Below are positions 25,878 through 39,886 of a stretch of DNA of 64,000 nt, one piece after another. The translations under genes and the position numbers were made by a program. The DNA comes from the human T2T-CHM13v2.0 reference genome, Homo sapiens. How positions within the stretch are numbered: position 1 is the stretch's first letter; each line of letters starts with the position of its first letter. The notes under the pieces are model-generated. The model had not been told where the DNA came from. It saw nothing but the letters and a program-made list of their open reading frames with translations, and searched no databases. Where the stretch lies: assembly GCF_009914755.1 (NCBI RefSeq), contig NC_060939.1; one strand, given 5' to 3'.

Positions 25878-28800
25878 TGAGAAGGTTTTTTTTTTTTCCC
25901 CCTTCCAAACCCCCATGTGGTCCAGACGAGGCCAGAGGATCTCAGGGGAATTCCCTCTCCGAGGAGCCTCCACTGCTATTGCATGGCCCCCAGCATAGTC
26001 ATTTGAGTGAAGAGCCCTCCAAAATCATTAAGCTGATTTGTAGAATCAGTTTGCTGTCTGACTACCTGATGAAGATGAGAAGTGGTAGACCTCCCCCCAC
26101 TGTAAGGTCTTAACAAGATCTAGGTGGAACATGGGACTGTTTGCAAGCTACTTCTGTTTCTGAAATCACATGCTTGGGATCCCAAATAATCTACTGAAAG
26201 CTGTCTTCGGGAGGCAAAGCCCAGGGATTTGTTTTGTTTGCCCCTAATCATCTCTTCCATCCCCTTTCTCAAAAGTCTTATATCTAGATAATTTAGTACA
26301 TTTGATCTACTAACAGCCAGGGCCATAACAGGAGCTGATATTACATACCCCGGAAGTCCTTTGCAAACACACTGTAGTGGCGATTGATTAGTGTTCCGAG
26401 CCATAGGTAACATTAGCCTGCCTCGTAGGACCCTCAGATGCTGACCGTATCTGCTGCAATTCTTAGATGTAAAAGAGCGCGCATCGTATAAATCAAAACT
26501 AGATGATTATTTTCATTTGAAATTGTTGTTGCACTGTAATTTCTCAGGGTTTTGTATTTTCCAACAGTGGTGTCACTTAATGGGAAGATCGCTCAGGCTT
26601 TGTAACTGGGCATAATACCAGGTATTCTCGTTTAGGCATTCTGCTCAGTAGTATTAACCTGAAGCCATAGGACATGCCAATGTTTTTTTCCGTGTTTTTT
26701 AAAAAAATTAAAATGGTTGGCTACAAATGCATCCTTTTTTACTTCAGAGTAAGTCGGCCTTGGTTAAGTCTTAATATTTCTCATGCCTATTTTTTTTTCT
26801 TCAAATGAAAACATACGGAGAGAAAATAGCATGTTTATGCCTTTTGGTTGTACCCAGCACTGCCCAGAATGGCTTACAGAGTTTATACCCATGGAGGTTT
26901 CGTAAAGGTGACATTAACTTCGCAGTAAAGTCACTGACCCCGAACCTGTGTCACTTCAGGCTTAGCCAAATGCTAACAGAGCAGCTCAAAGCTTAAGCAG
27001 AGGTATGTGCTTGCTAAGTAAGTGTGTGTTTTGGACTAATTGGTGACTACCATTCTGAACATTAACTGCCCTTTGTGTTTTAATGTTGCCAGGAGGCCGA
27101 TTGTGTAACCTTTGGAGGCTTCCCTGAGTTTGGAGAACTGAATTCATGTGGTGACTTCCTATTTATAATGTCTTTGGGGGAGCTATGAAATAACTTTTCT
27201 TCTAAGTGTGATTTTTGCTTTTTTAAAAGTTTTTATGTTGTTGTCAATTGGGTATTTCCCTTCTATGCCAAGACGAATTGTAGGTTCAGGTTTCTATGCA
27301 GCCTGTATGTAAACACTGGCCCTAAAGAAGGACTCTATCACTCTACTTTCAGTTTCTTGCATTAAAACAAGTATGGGTAGCGGTATCCTTCTTATTTCTG
27401 CTTCCTGGTCCTGTGTGAGACCCTGAAAGGTCCTAATGGCAGTGCTGATTAGATTGTGGCCAGGGTTCACCCACAAGTTCCGAAGCTGGGGAAGGTGGAA
27501 GTGCTGTTAACTGACTTGTCCCATGTCTGGGGTTTTGCAGCCTGGGGAGAGGTGACCACCCCTCGTTTCAGTCCAGGTAGGGTTTTATGTCCCTGTCAAA
27601 AATGTGTTGTGTGAAGTACCTTGACTTTCATTTCCCAGGGAAGAAAGCCCGTTTCAATTGGCTCAAGCGGAAAAGAGCACTGTGGGTCCACTTAATGGAA
27701 GAGTCTAAGAGTGGCTTCAGGAAGTCCACTGGGGGCTCCCCGTGACTCTGCCCACCTGCATATTGTCTTCATTCTAAGGATCCAGGTGGTAGCAAAAGGG
27801 TTGTTACAACTTTAACCCTGCATCCCCACCTTCAGGTTCAGTACCCAAGGGTGAGCAATCTGTTCCAGTGGCACAGACCTGTTTCAAGAGGTCTCTAGCC
27901 GTGATAGTGCTAGGCCACTGCCCTCCACCAGTGTGTTCCAGAGAAAGATGCTCTGATGTGCCAGCCCAGGCCATGAGGTTCCCGGCCTCAGTAAGGAAGA
28001 AGGAGGACAAGGTGGTCCCTTAGGAGAAAATGTGGATATTCAAGAAAGAGGGTCGCAAAATAGCAAACACCCACTATGGCTGGGCAGTACAGGGTTGCAG
28101 AAATATATTTTGATGTGTGATCGCATTGGAGCTACTTCAAAGAGCAAACACACCACTTTGATTTATTTCTCTTAGTGATACAGTATTTAGAGAGGGAGAT
28201 ACTTTTTATCTTCGTGGGATACTTACAGTGGTGCTCTAGAAGCCATGTACTGCTTCTGGCTTCTCCTTCCTTTCCTCCAAGGCTCCTCCTGCCTCCTCCC
28301 AAAGCTCTGTGCCCTGAAAGAGCCTTGAGCCATTGCTCAGATGTCAAAATTGTATTAAGCAGACACATCAAATTAAAACTTTTGGGATCACTCACCAATA
28401 TGGTTTCCTGTACAGTACTGCCCTGAGGGGGGATTACAAGTAGTTATGCATCCATTTCATTGATGTATCATTTTTATTAAAAAGAAAAACAATCCAACCA
28501 AGAGAGGAAGTGTAGCCAGCTGCCTAAAGAGTGGCGATGATGGGAGATGATATTTTGATTACATTAATCCATATCCTGTTAGTTCACTTTGCTTCTGTCG
28601 CTGCTGCTGGTGAAGTTACTAATGTGAACTAATTACATTTGCTCTGAAAAGCCAGAATTTTTAATGCATCTCAGCAAGAAAGGTTAATATTATCAATTTA
28701 ACAGCATGAATGAAACATTGTGTGTATTGAACTTGAACTGTCCTAAAAGCTTGGATAATAAAAACCCAGTGGCTTCTTTTATAACTCACTGGATAAACAG

Positions 28801-28998
28801 TTATTGGTGAGACATGGATAAGGCTTTCTTCTCTTTCAGTTTTATGGGGGGTGGTAGGCAGTCAGCATTAGATGCTGTCTGTTTACAGGGTGATATCGTA
28901 ACTTCGTGAAATTGGAGGCCACATTTAAAAAGGCACTCCTTCCTTTTAAAAGCTTTGCAAGGGGGCTGCATATATTTTCCTAATTAGTGGGAATATTT

Positions 28999-29307
28999 TC
29001 TTTTTTCTTTTTTCTTTTTTTTTTTTGAGACAGAGTTTCACTTTATTGTCCAGGCTGGAGTGGAGTGGCATGATCTCGGCTTACTGCAACCTCTGCCTCC
29101 CGGGTTCAAGCAATTCTCATGCCTCGGCCTCCTGATTAGCTGGGATTACAGGCATCTGCCACCTCACCTGGCTGATTTTTTGTATTTTAGTAGAGACGAC
29201 GTTTCACCATGTTGCCCAGGCTGGTCTTGAACTCTTAAGCTCAGGCAATCCGCCTATCTCGGGCTCCCAAAGTGCTAGGATTACAGGCGTGAGCCACCGA
29301 GCCTGGC
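28999..29307 (-). mobile_element. Alu, full length
   Basis: Poly-T plus antisense dimer; TSD gtggga(a/g)tattttc. Confidence 0.95.
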
Positions 29308-30616
29308 TGGTGGGAGTATTTTCAAAGAGAACAACAATTCACCACACCCCAACATGGTAACAGTCTTTTTGTTTTAGAAGCATCTGTGAATTGCCAAGAC
29401 TCGTAGAACTAAGATGTATTCAAAGTCAGTCGATTTTCTGGAAACGACCCAGTCCCTGAAGATAGTCTTTTGGGGAGTTGAGTGTTTTGAGAGGGACACC
29501 CCCTCTACAGGGACTTAAAATGGAATGGCTTTTTGTGTGTGCACATGGTACCTGCAGTGATTTCTTGTGTTTAATTACTTCCTGCACTCATCTGACTTAC
29601 ACAGTGGTAAACAATGAGGATGGGAACAGGCGGCAGCTGCTCTGTGCCATCCACCGTCTTGGGAACCCCAGCGTGGCATTCTCTCTGGGGCAGCATGTTG
29701 AAGTGTTTGGCTGGTGACATTTTGGTGACCAGTTGGCTCCTCATTGTCTTTCAATGTGGAGATTAGGAACCGAGCGAGGATTTGGAACCCTTGCGTTTGT
29801 TCTGCCAAGAACATGACTTGCCTCTGGCCTGAGAGCAGTGGAGTAAGCTGATAGGAGCTAGAAATACTGTTTTGGGTAGGACTTACCCAAAAGAGTGGGC
29901 TGAGTCACAGAACTCCCAAGTTTGAGCCCTGTCAAATAAATTCTGAATTGTTCTCAGGTATGTTTCTCAATTGGAATTTTTTTAAAAATTTAATTTAAAA
30001 AAGACTTCGAAAAGTTACCTTGTTCTCATTTTTCTTCTCCCTCTTTGCCCCGTCCCCACAATATCTTAGGGCGAAGAAAAGCAGGTTTGAGAAAAGCTTT
30101 TTTTCATCATGTATTTGTAATAGCTGGAGCCTGCTGAGATGATGAGGTAGAGTGGAGGGAGAAAGAGACCTTGAGGAGGTGTGGAGGGGGAAGGGGTGGA
30201 AAGTTCTGTCGTCTTCTGTGCCTCTCTCTCTCTCTTGCTCAGGGTCTCCAGTCAGCCCTCTGGGTTTGTGCCCTTCGTGCTGCACTGACAGGTCAAAGCC
30301 GACTCAGGCCTTTGATGTCTGCTCTAGGAGCAAAAGTGATTCCTGGTCCCGCAGCCGTTCCCACTGCCTTGTGTATGAAGGTCTGCTGCTCTGAGGTGGA
30401 TGGTGGCTCTAGGCAGGCTGTTTCCGCTGGGTGCGGTTGTTGCTGCAGGTTTTTCTATATAGCTTGGTCATGCTCCTGTATCTAGATTAAAATCCTATGA
30501 CAGATGGGCCTGCTTATATCTAAACTTATTCAGAGAGTCTTATGATAGGCAACAGGTTACCCTTTACCGGGGTAAAACATGGTTTATTCTACAGTTTGGT
30601 CCCGTTGTAAGGCCAG

Positions 30617-30739
30617 GAGATAGAGTCTCACTAGTTTGCCCCGGCTGAACTCAAACTGCTGGACTCAAGGGATCCTTCCGACTCAGCCTCCCAATTAGCT
30701 GGGACTGTTGGTGTCAGGCACACACCACCTTGCCTAGCT
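30617..30739 (-). mobile_element. Alu monomer (FLAM-like)
   Basis: gagatagagtctcactag..ctcaaactgctggactcaagggatccttccgactcagcctccc. Confidence 0.8.
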
Positions 30740-30785
30740 TGAAGATCTTTCTTCTAAATGAGCGGGCTTTAAAGTGATCAGTGGG

Positions 30786-30935
30786 ACCTGGGCAGGTTGG
30801 CTCTTGCCTATAATCCAAGTGCTTTGAGAGACCGAGACAGGAACATCACTTGAGCCCAGGAGTTCGAGGCTAAAGTGAGCTGTGAGCACACCAGTGCACC
30901 CCAGCCTGGGCAACAGAGTGAGACTCTGCCCCAAA
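30786..30935 (+). mobile_element. Alu monomer (FRAM/FAM-like)
   Basis: gcctataatccaagtgctttg..cacttgagcccaggagttcgaggct..ccagcctgggcaacagagtgagactctg. Confidence 0.8.
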
Positions 30936-32018
30936 GCAAGATAAAATTATCCCACAGGATTTTAGTCCTGACTTGTGTATTACTATGCAGTTGTGTCTGT
31001 CTGAGGCTCAGATTCCCCCCCATTTAGGATTTGTGTGGCTAAATCTCAGATCTCATTTTCAGGTGAATTTCTCTATTAAGGTTATAAAAGACCAAAATAA
31101 CTGGAAATTCAACTCTGTACTTGAATACTTGGTAATGCCCAGCATTCTCTTGACTATCCCATTTCACAGTTTGCCGGTCATTTCCCCAGTGTACTCACTG
31201 GATTCTTCCCGCAGCCATGAAAGGTAGGTATAATTAACTCCAGTTTACATTCAGGACAATAGAATGTTCGTCAAAATGCTTTTGCACATGTTTTCTCACC
31301 CTGAGTGGCTACACTTGTACAGTCATACCCTCCAAACTCTAAGATGTATACTCTTACATACCAAAACACAAAGAAACAACAGGAAGAACAAAACTCAAGA
31401 GGTCTGAGTGACATCTTGCCTTGCTTCACAACTTCAGAGTTTGCATTGCTTTAAAAACATTGGTTATAAGTGAGTGTGGAAACAGTGTGTTCACTATTTT
31501 TATGCTGTGGCTGTGCTGTGCAGGAGCTGGGCTTTTCGTGCATTTTAGACAGAATTGACCTTGGTTAATGCTTGACTTGGGAACTATGCAGAAACATCCA
31601 GGAAGTGGTGGTGGCTGATCCTGACCGTCCTCAGTTTTGTGAAGCAACAGCCTCTGTGCCTCTTTCTCTGCATGCTCTGTTGACGGTCTAGTCTTGAGAG
31701 AGAACCTGCTGCTGTCCCGTCTGTCATAGCCTTCCTAGCAACTCTTAGGCCTGCGTGCTGTGTTTTCATGATCTCCCCCAAAGCGGCACTTTGATGTTTT
31801 TTCAGAGTCAAAGTATCACTGTGGATATTTATCCCAAACAAAATTGCAAACTGATCAAATGTTATGTCTTTTGATACCAAATCAAAAACGATTCTTGGTG
31901 GCTGATCAGGTTGTCTCCTAAAAATTTGCCTTTTGAACCTATACTGCCTTTATGAGATGATTATGAAAGTAGAAAATAGCCTGTGAAAAATGGTACCTTT
32001 GCTAAAAAGAAAAAAAAA

Positions 32019-32288
32019 TTTTTTTGAAACTAAGAGTCTCTGTTGTCCAGGCTGGAGTGCAGTGGCACTATCTTGGCTCACTGCAACCTCTGCCTCCCAG
32101 GTTCAAGTCTCCCGAGTAGCTGGAACTGCAGGTGCACGCCACCACATGTGGCTAATTTTCATATTTTTAGTAGAGATGGGGTTTCACCATGTTGCCCAGG
32201 CTGTTCTCGAATTCCTGAGCTCAAGCAGTCTGCCCACCTTGGCTTCCGAAGGGGCTGGGATTACAGGCCTGAGCCACCGCGCCTGGCC
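32019..32288 (-). mobile_element. Alu (AluJ-like) with small internal deletion
   Basis: Antisense dimer ending gagccaccgcgcctggcc. Confidence 0.92.
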
Positions 32289-33633
32289 TGCTGTAAGAAA
32301 ATATTAAACTTAGGATGGGAAATGTGATCTGAACAGGATTCCTGTGAAGGTACCCAGTGTAGGTCTTAGTCTCCTCTCCAGTGTACATTTATGGAGGGGC
32401 AAGATTTCACCATTCTGTGAAGAACTCTGCGTGTTGACGACTGCTCACGCCTAGGGAATAAATTTCAGAGCATGCGTAGATAGTGCCATTTTCTACTTAA
32501 AATACTATAATCCATTATTTACTTCGGAAAATAAAAGCATTAAGGCTGAAAGTTTTGGGTTAGTAATCTTGATGTTTTAAAATGCCTTAGCATTCCTTCA
32601 TTTGTTTTGCTTGCCACGTGGTTTTGCTCTGATTTACACACCTCTGTGCATGGCTAATCCACTGTGCCACTCTTGGGGCTTTATTAACTCTTCTCTGCCA
32701 GTTTTTCCCTTAGAGAATATCATGGCCATTCTCTAAGATGATAAATGGGACTAAGAGTAAATGCAGGCTGAAAAAGCATTTAACAGGTCAAGGATCTGAA
32801 GCTTTTAAGAAGGCAAAACAATAAATAAGAAACCCAAACAGAGTCTTGAAGCACACCCATCGAAACCCAAGTTTCAGAATTTGCTGCAGCCTTGCTGCCA
32901 AATCACAGTAAAAGCTGAAAAGGCTTTTGTGGTTAGTTACGTGTGATACAAGAAATCGATGTGTCTGAGAGAAGTAGGATTTCTCTTTTTGAGGGGGAAA
33001 AATACAGCAAGGGGAAATGTTTTATTAACAATAAATATGCGGCTTACCATATCTGTAGGGCACAGATTTGGTTAGTAGTATTTTGGAGGCAGGATAAAGG
33101 AAGATCCTAAAATCTCTGTGCTGTGTAGCTTCCATTCGAGCTGCACATGTTAAAAACATTCTAGGATCCACACAGTTTAAACAAGGTGGCTGGCTTAGGA
33201 AATGCTTCTCCCCATTCCTTGGCATCCCCACAACCCTATTCCCCTACTTTCTCTTATGTATCTGGACTGGCTTTTAAAAGATATTTAGTGAAATTTAATT
33301 TTCTAGGGAAACTCCACTTTGTCAAAAGTGTAGTATTCCTCAAGGATAGCTTTGCTGGTCGGCAAATCTCAGTTGAGTGTATTTGTGGTTTAAAAAAAAT
33401 TCTTTCTGAATAGAAATACAAAGAGTGATAATGTTTAACATTTTATTTTTTTAAAAAGCTTTACGCTGTGTAAATTGTGGGTTGACTTCATGTTTCTAAA
33501 CTTTGTCTTTTAGAATGACTCTCTTGGGTAAATTATTAGCAGACACTCTCGTGTTGACATGTCCATTTTCCTTTCCATTAAGCTGTCTCCATTGCAGTTC
33601 TGTTGATATGGCTTTATATAGTTTTCCTGAGCT

Positions 33634-33658
33634 TTTTTTTTTTTTTTTTTTTTTTTTT
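33634..33658 (+). repeat. Poly(T) mononucleotide run
   Basis: About 25 consecutive T with no attached Alu. Confidence 0.85.
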
Positions 33659-35114
33659 GGTAACAAGATACCTATGCAAGCTGAAAAACTCTTGGCTTTT
33701 TAGTTTGTATCACTTCCAGAAACTTTTAGATGCTACGTATAGAAGTGGCTTTCTTTTAGGGTTAGGTAAGATACTTCCTTTTTTGGAAATAGTTTTGCCA
33801 TTTGGTCTCGCTGCCTGATTTGTGCTTTTTCTTCTTCAGCAGGTAGTGGGAGGCTGTGTATTGTATTGCCTTTTACCAGACACCCAGAGGGGTCATGTTG
33901 GAAAATAGCATCCTCTTAGCAAAAACACAATCCCTTCTCTGAGAATAAATTGCCAAGTCTTTCCAGGTCATTGATGGACTCTCAGGTGCTGCATTTCTGC
34001 ACGTCGGGGAACAAGGGTGAAGAACAGAGCTAGTCCAGCACTGCTCCGTCCTCCCGCATTTCTTCTTCTGTAGAGTCTTTTGCAAACTAGAGAGTCTTGC
34101 AGAGAGTTGTTGGGTTTTCCCAGGAGATACTGTATGCAAAGAATTGTCATGAAGACATAAAATCAAGTCTTGGTGTAAAACTTTTAATAAATTTAAAGGC
34201 ATGTCTCTGTTTTTCTCCTCCTCCATGGGGATTTTCATGTGGTTAGTAATAAAACTGTAGGCAGTTGTATGTCTAGATTTCTATGTAATTTGTTTGTGTT
34301 CGTATATGCACACCTGTATACATGTGCACATGTATTCAAGAAAGACCTGCAGTATGCTTGAAAGGATTGAGGTGCCTAGTTTGTGGTAGTAGCTGAACAG
34401 AGTGGGAGGTCAAAGTTAAGTCATTGTGAGGCAAGGGAACTTGACTTAGCCCTTTAAGAATTGGTCTGTCCCTGCTAAGCCAAGGCTATTAGTGTTTTCT
34501 TCCCTAGCTGTGTTCTGAAATGGTTCACCTGACATTCAGCTGGGTTGGGGGAGAACCTCTTTAAACATCAGATCTTATTCCGGAGGAGTGTATCCAGCCT
34601 TCTCACAGCATATCCTGTTAAATATCTGTTCAAGGTTAGCCTAGGCCTGGAGTATGGACAGCATGAAGCCAGATCTAAAACAGATCAGTTCATGGATAAA
34701 TGATGAATTTAATAAAATTTGAAAATAAACCCCACATAACTAGTGCTGCTATTGATCATTCATATAGCCAGCAGGAGTGGTGAGAGGCTTGGTCTGCCTG
34801 AGGTGTGGAGATGCTTGTGGTGGGGGGCAAGGTGGACGAGGGCTGGGGCTGCTCCTGGAGCATCTTTACGCGGGTGGAGGAGCTCTGACACAGTGGCAGT
34901 GTTTGTAACACTTTCCAAAGGGATTAAAATAATTCTGTAGAGTTAACCCTAGGCTAGTGTGGCTTGATCTGAAACAGTCCCAGCCAGAAGGTAAGAACTC
35001 CTGTGTTATGTTGTTAGCATACAATTTGCTGAAGTTCACATTTTAAATTTTATATTTAAAAACCAAAAAGTAGTACTGATCATTTTGGACTGTTTCAAAG
35101 TGATATTGTTTTTA

Positions 35115-35480
<366 letters not shown>

Positions 35481-35765
35481 TTATTTTTTTCTTTTACTTC
35501 CTTTTCTACCAGTGACTAGTCCTAATGTGTTCTAACTTTTGAAAATAAAGTACAAATTAGATGGATTTAAACATACGGGAAGTAAGACGGAAATTCATTA
35601 CTTTTAAAAAACAATTTGTTGTGGATAAGATTTAGAAATGGAAACACAATAAACTGTGTTTCCATGACACAGGTATACTACCAAGTTCTTACAATGTACC
35701 TTTGAGGTAACGAATTTTCATGTCATTTGGAGTAGGGCTGGGCCAGTGAGTCACTCATCTCCTTG

Positions 35766-36900
35766 TTCATTCATTACGTGAATACCTAGTAAATGCCCAC
35801 TAGGCACCCTGGAGTCATTTGTGTAGAGTGGCATCTCTATACAACTGTTCGACTAACTGTCGGAGACACCCTAATCACCCCAGCCACAAACAAATAGAAC
35901 ATTGTATGTGTGCTGAATCCCACAAAGGCCAGACATGATGCCATGAGACCAAGAAGGAAAAGAAATAATGTGGAAAGGGTTTGGGGTGGAAAGGTGGGGA
36001 ACCTGGAGGCGGGCCACATGGGGCCCCAGAAGCCATGTTGAGGGTTTTGTCTTCACCAAAGGATCAGTGGGAGATTAGTGTAGAACATTAAACAGAGGTG
36101 GGGTATGTGTCATATTTCCATTAAAAAATTCATCCTGGCCACAGTGTAAAGAATAGATTAGGGAGGAAGCCAATCAGGAAGCAATTGGAGTAGGCAATGC
36201 AAAAGGCAAAGTGAACTTGGACTAGTGGTGGAGATAAGTTGACTGCAGAGAGAGTAGGAAGTAAAATTGGCCAGGCCTGTGTTGGGGGTGGGCTTGTGAG
36301 CAGGATATCAAAGATAATGTCCAGGATTCTGGCTTGGATGACAACTATGGCAATGCCCATTACTGAGCTAGGAGATGCTGGAGGAAGATCAGGTGGGGAC
36401 TGTGAGCATGAGTTTGATTTTTGCAGATACTGGGTTTGAGACACTTCTGAGTCAAGCAGGCATTTGGAAATGTGGACTGGTGCCGAGAAGGAATTCCCAG
36501 CAGTGACTTGGTTTAGGTGGTCCTGGAAAGTAGAAACACACATGAGATAATTCTGGGGATGGAGCTTAAAGGGACGTCAGCGTTCAAGGGCCAGGTAGAG
36601 GATCATGAGCTGTAAAGGGACCCAGGTGGCTCCAGCACAGCGAGGAAAGCATGCGAGTGTGATGGCCAGGCTTCCAGGGAGAGAGGAGGGTTTTAAGGAG
36701 AACAACGTGCTAAAAGCCACTAAGAAGCCAAGCAGAGTGAGAAATGAAGACCTCCACTGGGTCTTGCAAGAGGGGAGGCCTTTGAGGACCTCACCTGAGA
36801 GCTGATGAATGAAGTGATGGCTGGAAGCAGCTCTGGAGAGGGAGGAATACTGTGGGGAGGGGAGGAACTGAAGAAGTAGAGAAGCATGGCTGTGCACAGG
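35766..36900 (-). mobile_element. L2 LINE remnant (fragmented)
   Basis: ttcattcatt tail at 35766; purine-rich body; minus-strand ORF 36130-36543 contains ARILDIIFDILLT, resembling the L2/CR1 ORF2 motif ARNLGVILDSSLS. Confidence 0.7.
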
Positions 36901-37189
36901 GGAGGTGGGATGGCAGCCAGGGAGGAGCAGAGGTGGAATGTGGATCTTGTTTTCCCCAACAGAGATAGAGGGGGGCTAAAAGTCCATGGAAGGGACTCTG
37001 CTGAGAGGGAAGGGTGGATCCATGAGACAGAAGGGGAGAGCTCCAGTAAGGACCCAGAGGTCTGAGGACAGGCCAAAGCACAGATGGAGGGATTAGCTTT
37101 GGATGGTAAGAGGAAGGACAGATGGCCCCTTAAACATGACGGTAATGCAAACTGCTCTGTTTTTTTTTTTTCTTTTGGCGTTTGTGATG

Positions 37190-37350
37190 AACTTTGTATA
37201 TGCTTTCCTTGTTTGATCCTTATCAAACCTTATGAGAAGAAACTACCATTCTCCTCATTTGATGGATGAGGACCCTAAGCCCTGGAGAGGCCAGGAAACA
37301 TTCCCAGAGTCCCTCAGGAGGAGGACTAGTGCTGGGCTCCTTTCCTCCTG
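37190..37350 (-). mobile_element. MIR fragment
   Basis: tttgatccttatcaaaccttatgag..ctcatttgatggatgaggaccctaagccctggagagg. Confidence 0.65.
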
Positions 37351-37727
37351 TTCTGCTGCCTCTGAGAGGAGCCAGGATTGAATCGTAGCCTTGTCCTCTG
37401 ACCTGGAGGTCTGGGAGTAACTCTCTTATGACTTTTTTAGCCTAGTAGAATTGAACATGAACTTCATGTTTTAAGGGATGGTTGCATTTGTTTGAATGGT
37501 CACTTCTTTTTCTATCAGTATTAGCTAATATAGGGAGAAGGAAGTCATGCTTCTCAAGTAAAGCAACAGTATCTGTGTATCCATTTACTTGATTGAGCTT
37601 TCTACTGAATTACAGGAGTTAAATTATACTTTGTTACACTCTTGATATTACAAAATGATGGCCATGCCTTTATTATAAAATGACACCAGTTATTCTTTCC
37701 TGGAGGATGTGCCTTGTGTCACTAGCC

Positions 37728-37875
37728 GCACTAAGCACTTCCCCACTAGTGGCCCCATGTGGTTGTGTGTCATCGCTGACTACCTGTTACAGGTGAGGAA
37801 GCTGGGTGGTGCAGAGACAGAAAGCCGGTGGCCCAGTCAGGAGCTCCTAAGTGGCAGAGCCCTGTCTCCTGGGTT
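37728..37875 (-). mobile_element. MIR fragment
   Basis: ttacaggtgaggaagctggg..agctcctaagtggcagagc. Confidence 0.55.
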
Positions 37876-38174
37876 CCTTCTCCTGTCTTTCTTGCCTCTC
37901 ACTTGAAATAAGAGAGGACATCAGAACTGGCCTGAATGGGGCCCTGGTAGGGCAGGAACAGGACACCTCTGTGGTTTTGTTATGATGTCCTGAGGATAAA
38001 GGAGTGAAAAAAAAATCTTTGAGGAATTGAAGATTTCTTTATGAAAGATGGCTGAAACTCCTGACAGCTTTTCAAATTCATCTTTGGAGAAACTTCCGTT
38101 TTCTCTTTCCTGTTCCGAGGCTTAAAGCTGCCCTGAAATCTACACATTTATCAACAGTCTCTTGTCAAGACTCC

Positions 38175-38730
38175 AGGGAGACAAGAACTCTTATACATTG
38201 CTGTTGAGAGTGTAAAACGGTACAACCTTTATGGAAGGCAAATTGGCGTTATAAATGCGTGTTACCTTTGACCCAGAAATTCTACTTCTAGGAATTTATC
38301 TTACCAATACACCTGCCCACATACAAATTGCAGCATTGTTTTTGATAGTAATACGTTAGAAATAACCCACGTGTTCTTCAGTGGGAGACTGGTTAATACA
38401 CTAAGATATATGCACAAAATGGAATGCTCTGCTGCTGAGAGAAACCACAAGTATGCCCTGCACCCCTGTGAATAGATCTCCAGTATATTAGGTGGAGAAG
38501 GCAAGGCAGGCTTCTTTTTTGTAAAGTTAAGGAGGGTAAATAAGACTGCATGTTTGCATCTGCTTGTATTTGTGCAGACTGACACTAGAAGGGAAACCAA
38601 GTAACTGAAAAACACGATGATTCACCGGGGTAGGTGGGGAAACATCTAGGTCGGGACAGGTATGGGAGTGACACACCTCAGTGTACATCTTTGTATCATT
38701 TTTAAAAGTCTGTGCTTGCATTATGTATCA
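38175..38730 (+). mobile_element. Old L1 (L1ME-like) 3' remnant
   Basis: aactcttatacattgctgttgagagtgtaaaacggtacaacctttatggaaggcaa..cctttgacccagaaattctacttctaggaatttatc. Confidence 0.8.
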
Positions 38731-39490
38731 AAACTTAGTGCTATCTCCTCAGGTGCAGGGTTCTCTGGAACTCTGTCTAGGTTGGTCTCTTGGATGGCAT
38801 TCTTGCAGACTTGCCGGAAAACCAAACAAAAGGTGTGAGTGCATGCCTCCTGGATAGATGTCTTTTTAGTGTAACTTAGCACACCTTGTACACTGTCAGG
38901 GCGCCTCTCAGATGAGTCATCCCGGCAGCCCCTGCTCCATGAGTGTCTTCCCCACAGTCCTGAGTGCTTCTAAAATCATCTACACCAGTGGAGGCAAAAC
39001 TAGATATTTTCTTAGTTTGCAGAAAGGAATATTTCCAGACAACATGAACTTGTTCTCCTTTGGTCTCCTTTTCCTTGTCATTGTTCAAGTCACAAGGTCT
39101 GCTGATTAAATTTCCCCTTGGGTTTCAAAAGAACTTGCTTGTTTGGTTGTTGTGTTTTGCCTTTTAATTTGAGAGTTGAGGCCCCCAGGTGCATGTGGTA
39201 AAGAATTCAAAGGGCTAAATGGGTGTGTGTTGTTCGTTATTTCTTTGAACCTCTTGGCACTTGAATGGTGTCAGTAATTTCACTAATTATGGTTGGCAAA
39301 GAAACTCTGACACATGGCTTTGGAGCTGTGTTGTTCTTACATCATATCTCTTGAGTTGAACCTATGCTCTCTTGATGGATGAACTCGTAATTCACCAGGT
39401 GCGTGGATCGCTGTGATTAATTGTTTCAAGCTATCAGTTATTTAACTCTCTAGTGCCAAATGTTCAGGAGAAAATGTAAGTGCAGTGTAA

Positions 39491-39886
<396 letters not shown>

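Noticed and set aside
33625-33702. Isolated poly(T) as the tail of another retrocopy
   Set aside because: No convincing TSD or recognisable body; treated as a simple homopolymer.
34318-34335. 18-bp palindrome atacatgtgcacatgtat
   Set aside because: Lies in low-complexity alternating purine-pyrimidine sequence where palindromes arise easily.
36130-36543. ORF with faint reverse-transcriptase-associated motif
   Set aside because: Degenerate L2 fossil, not an intact gene.
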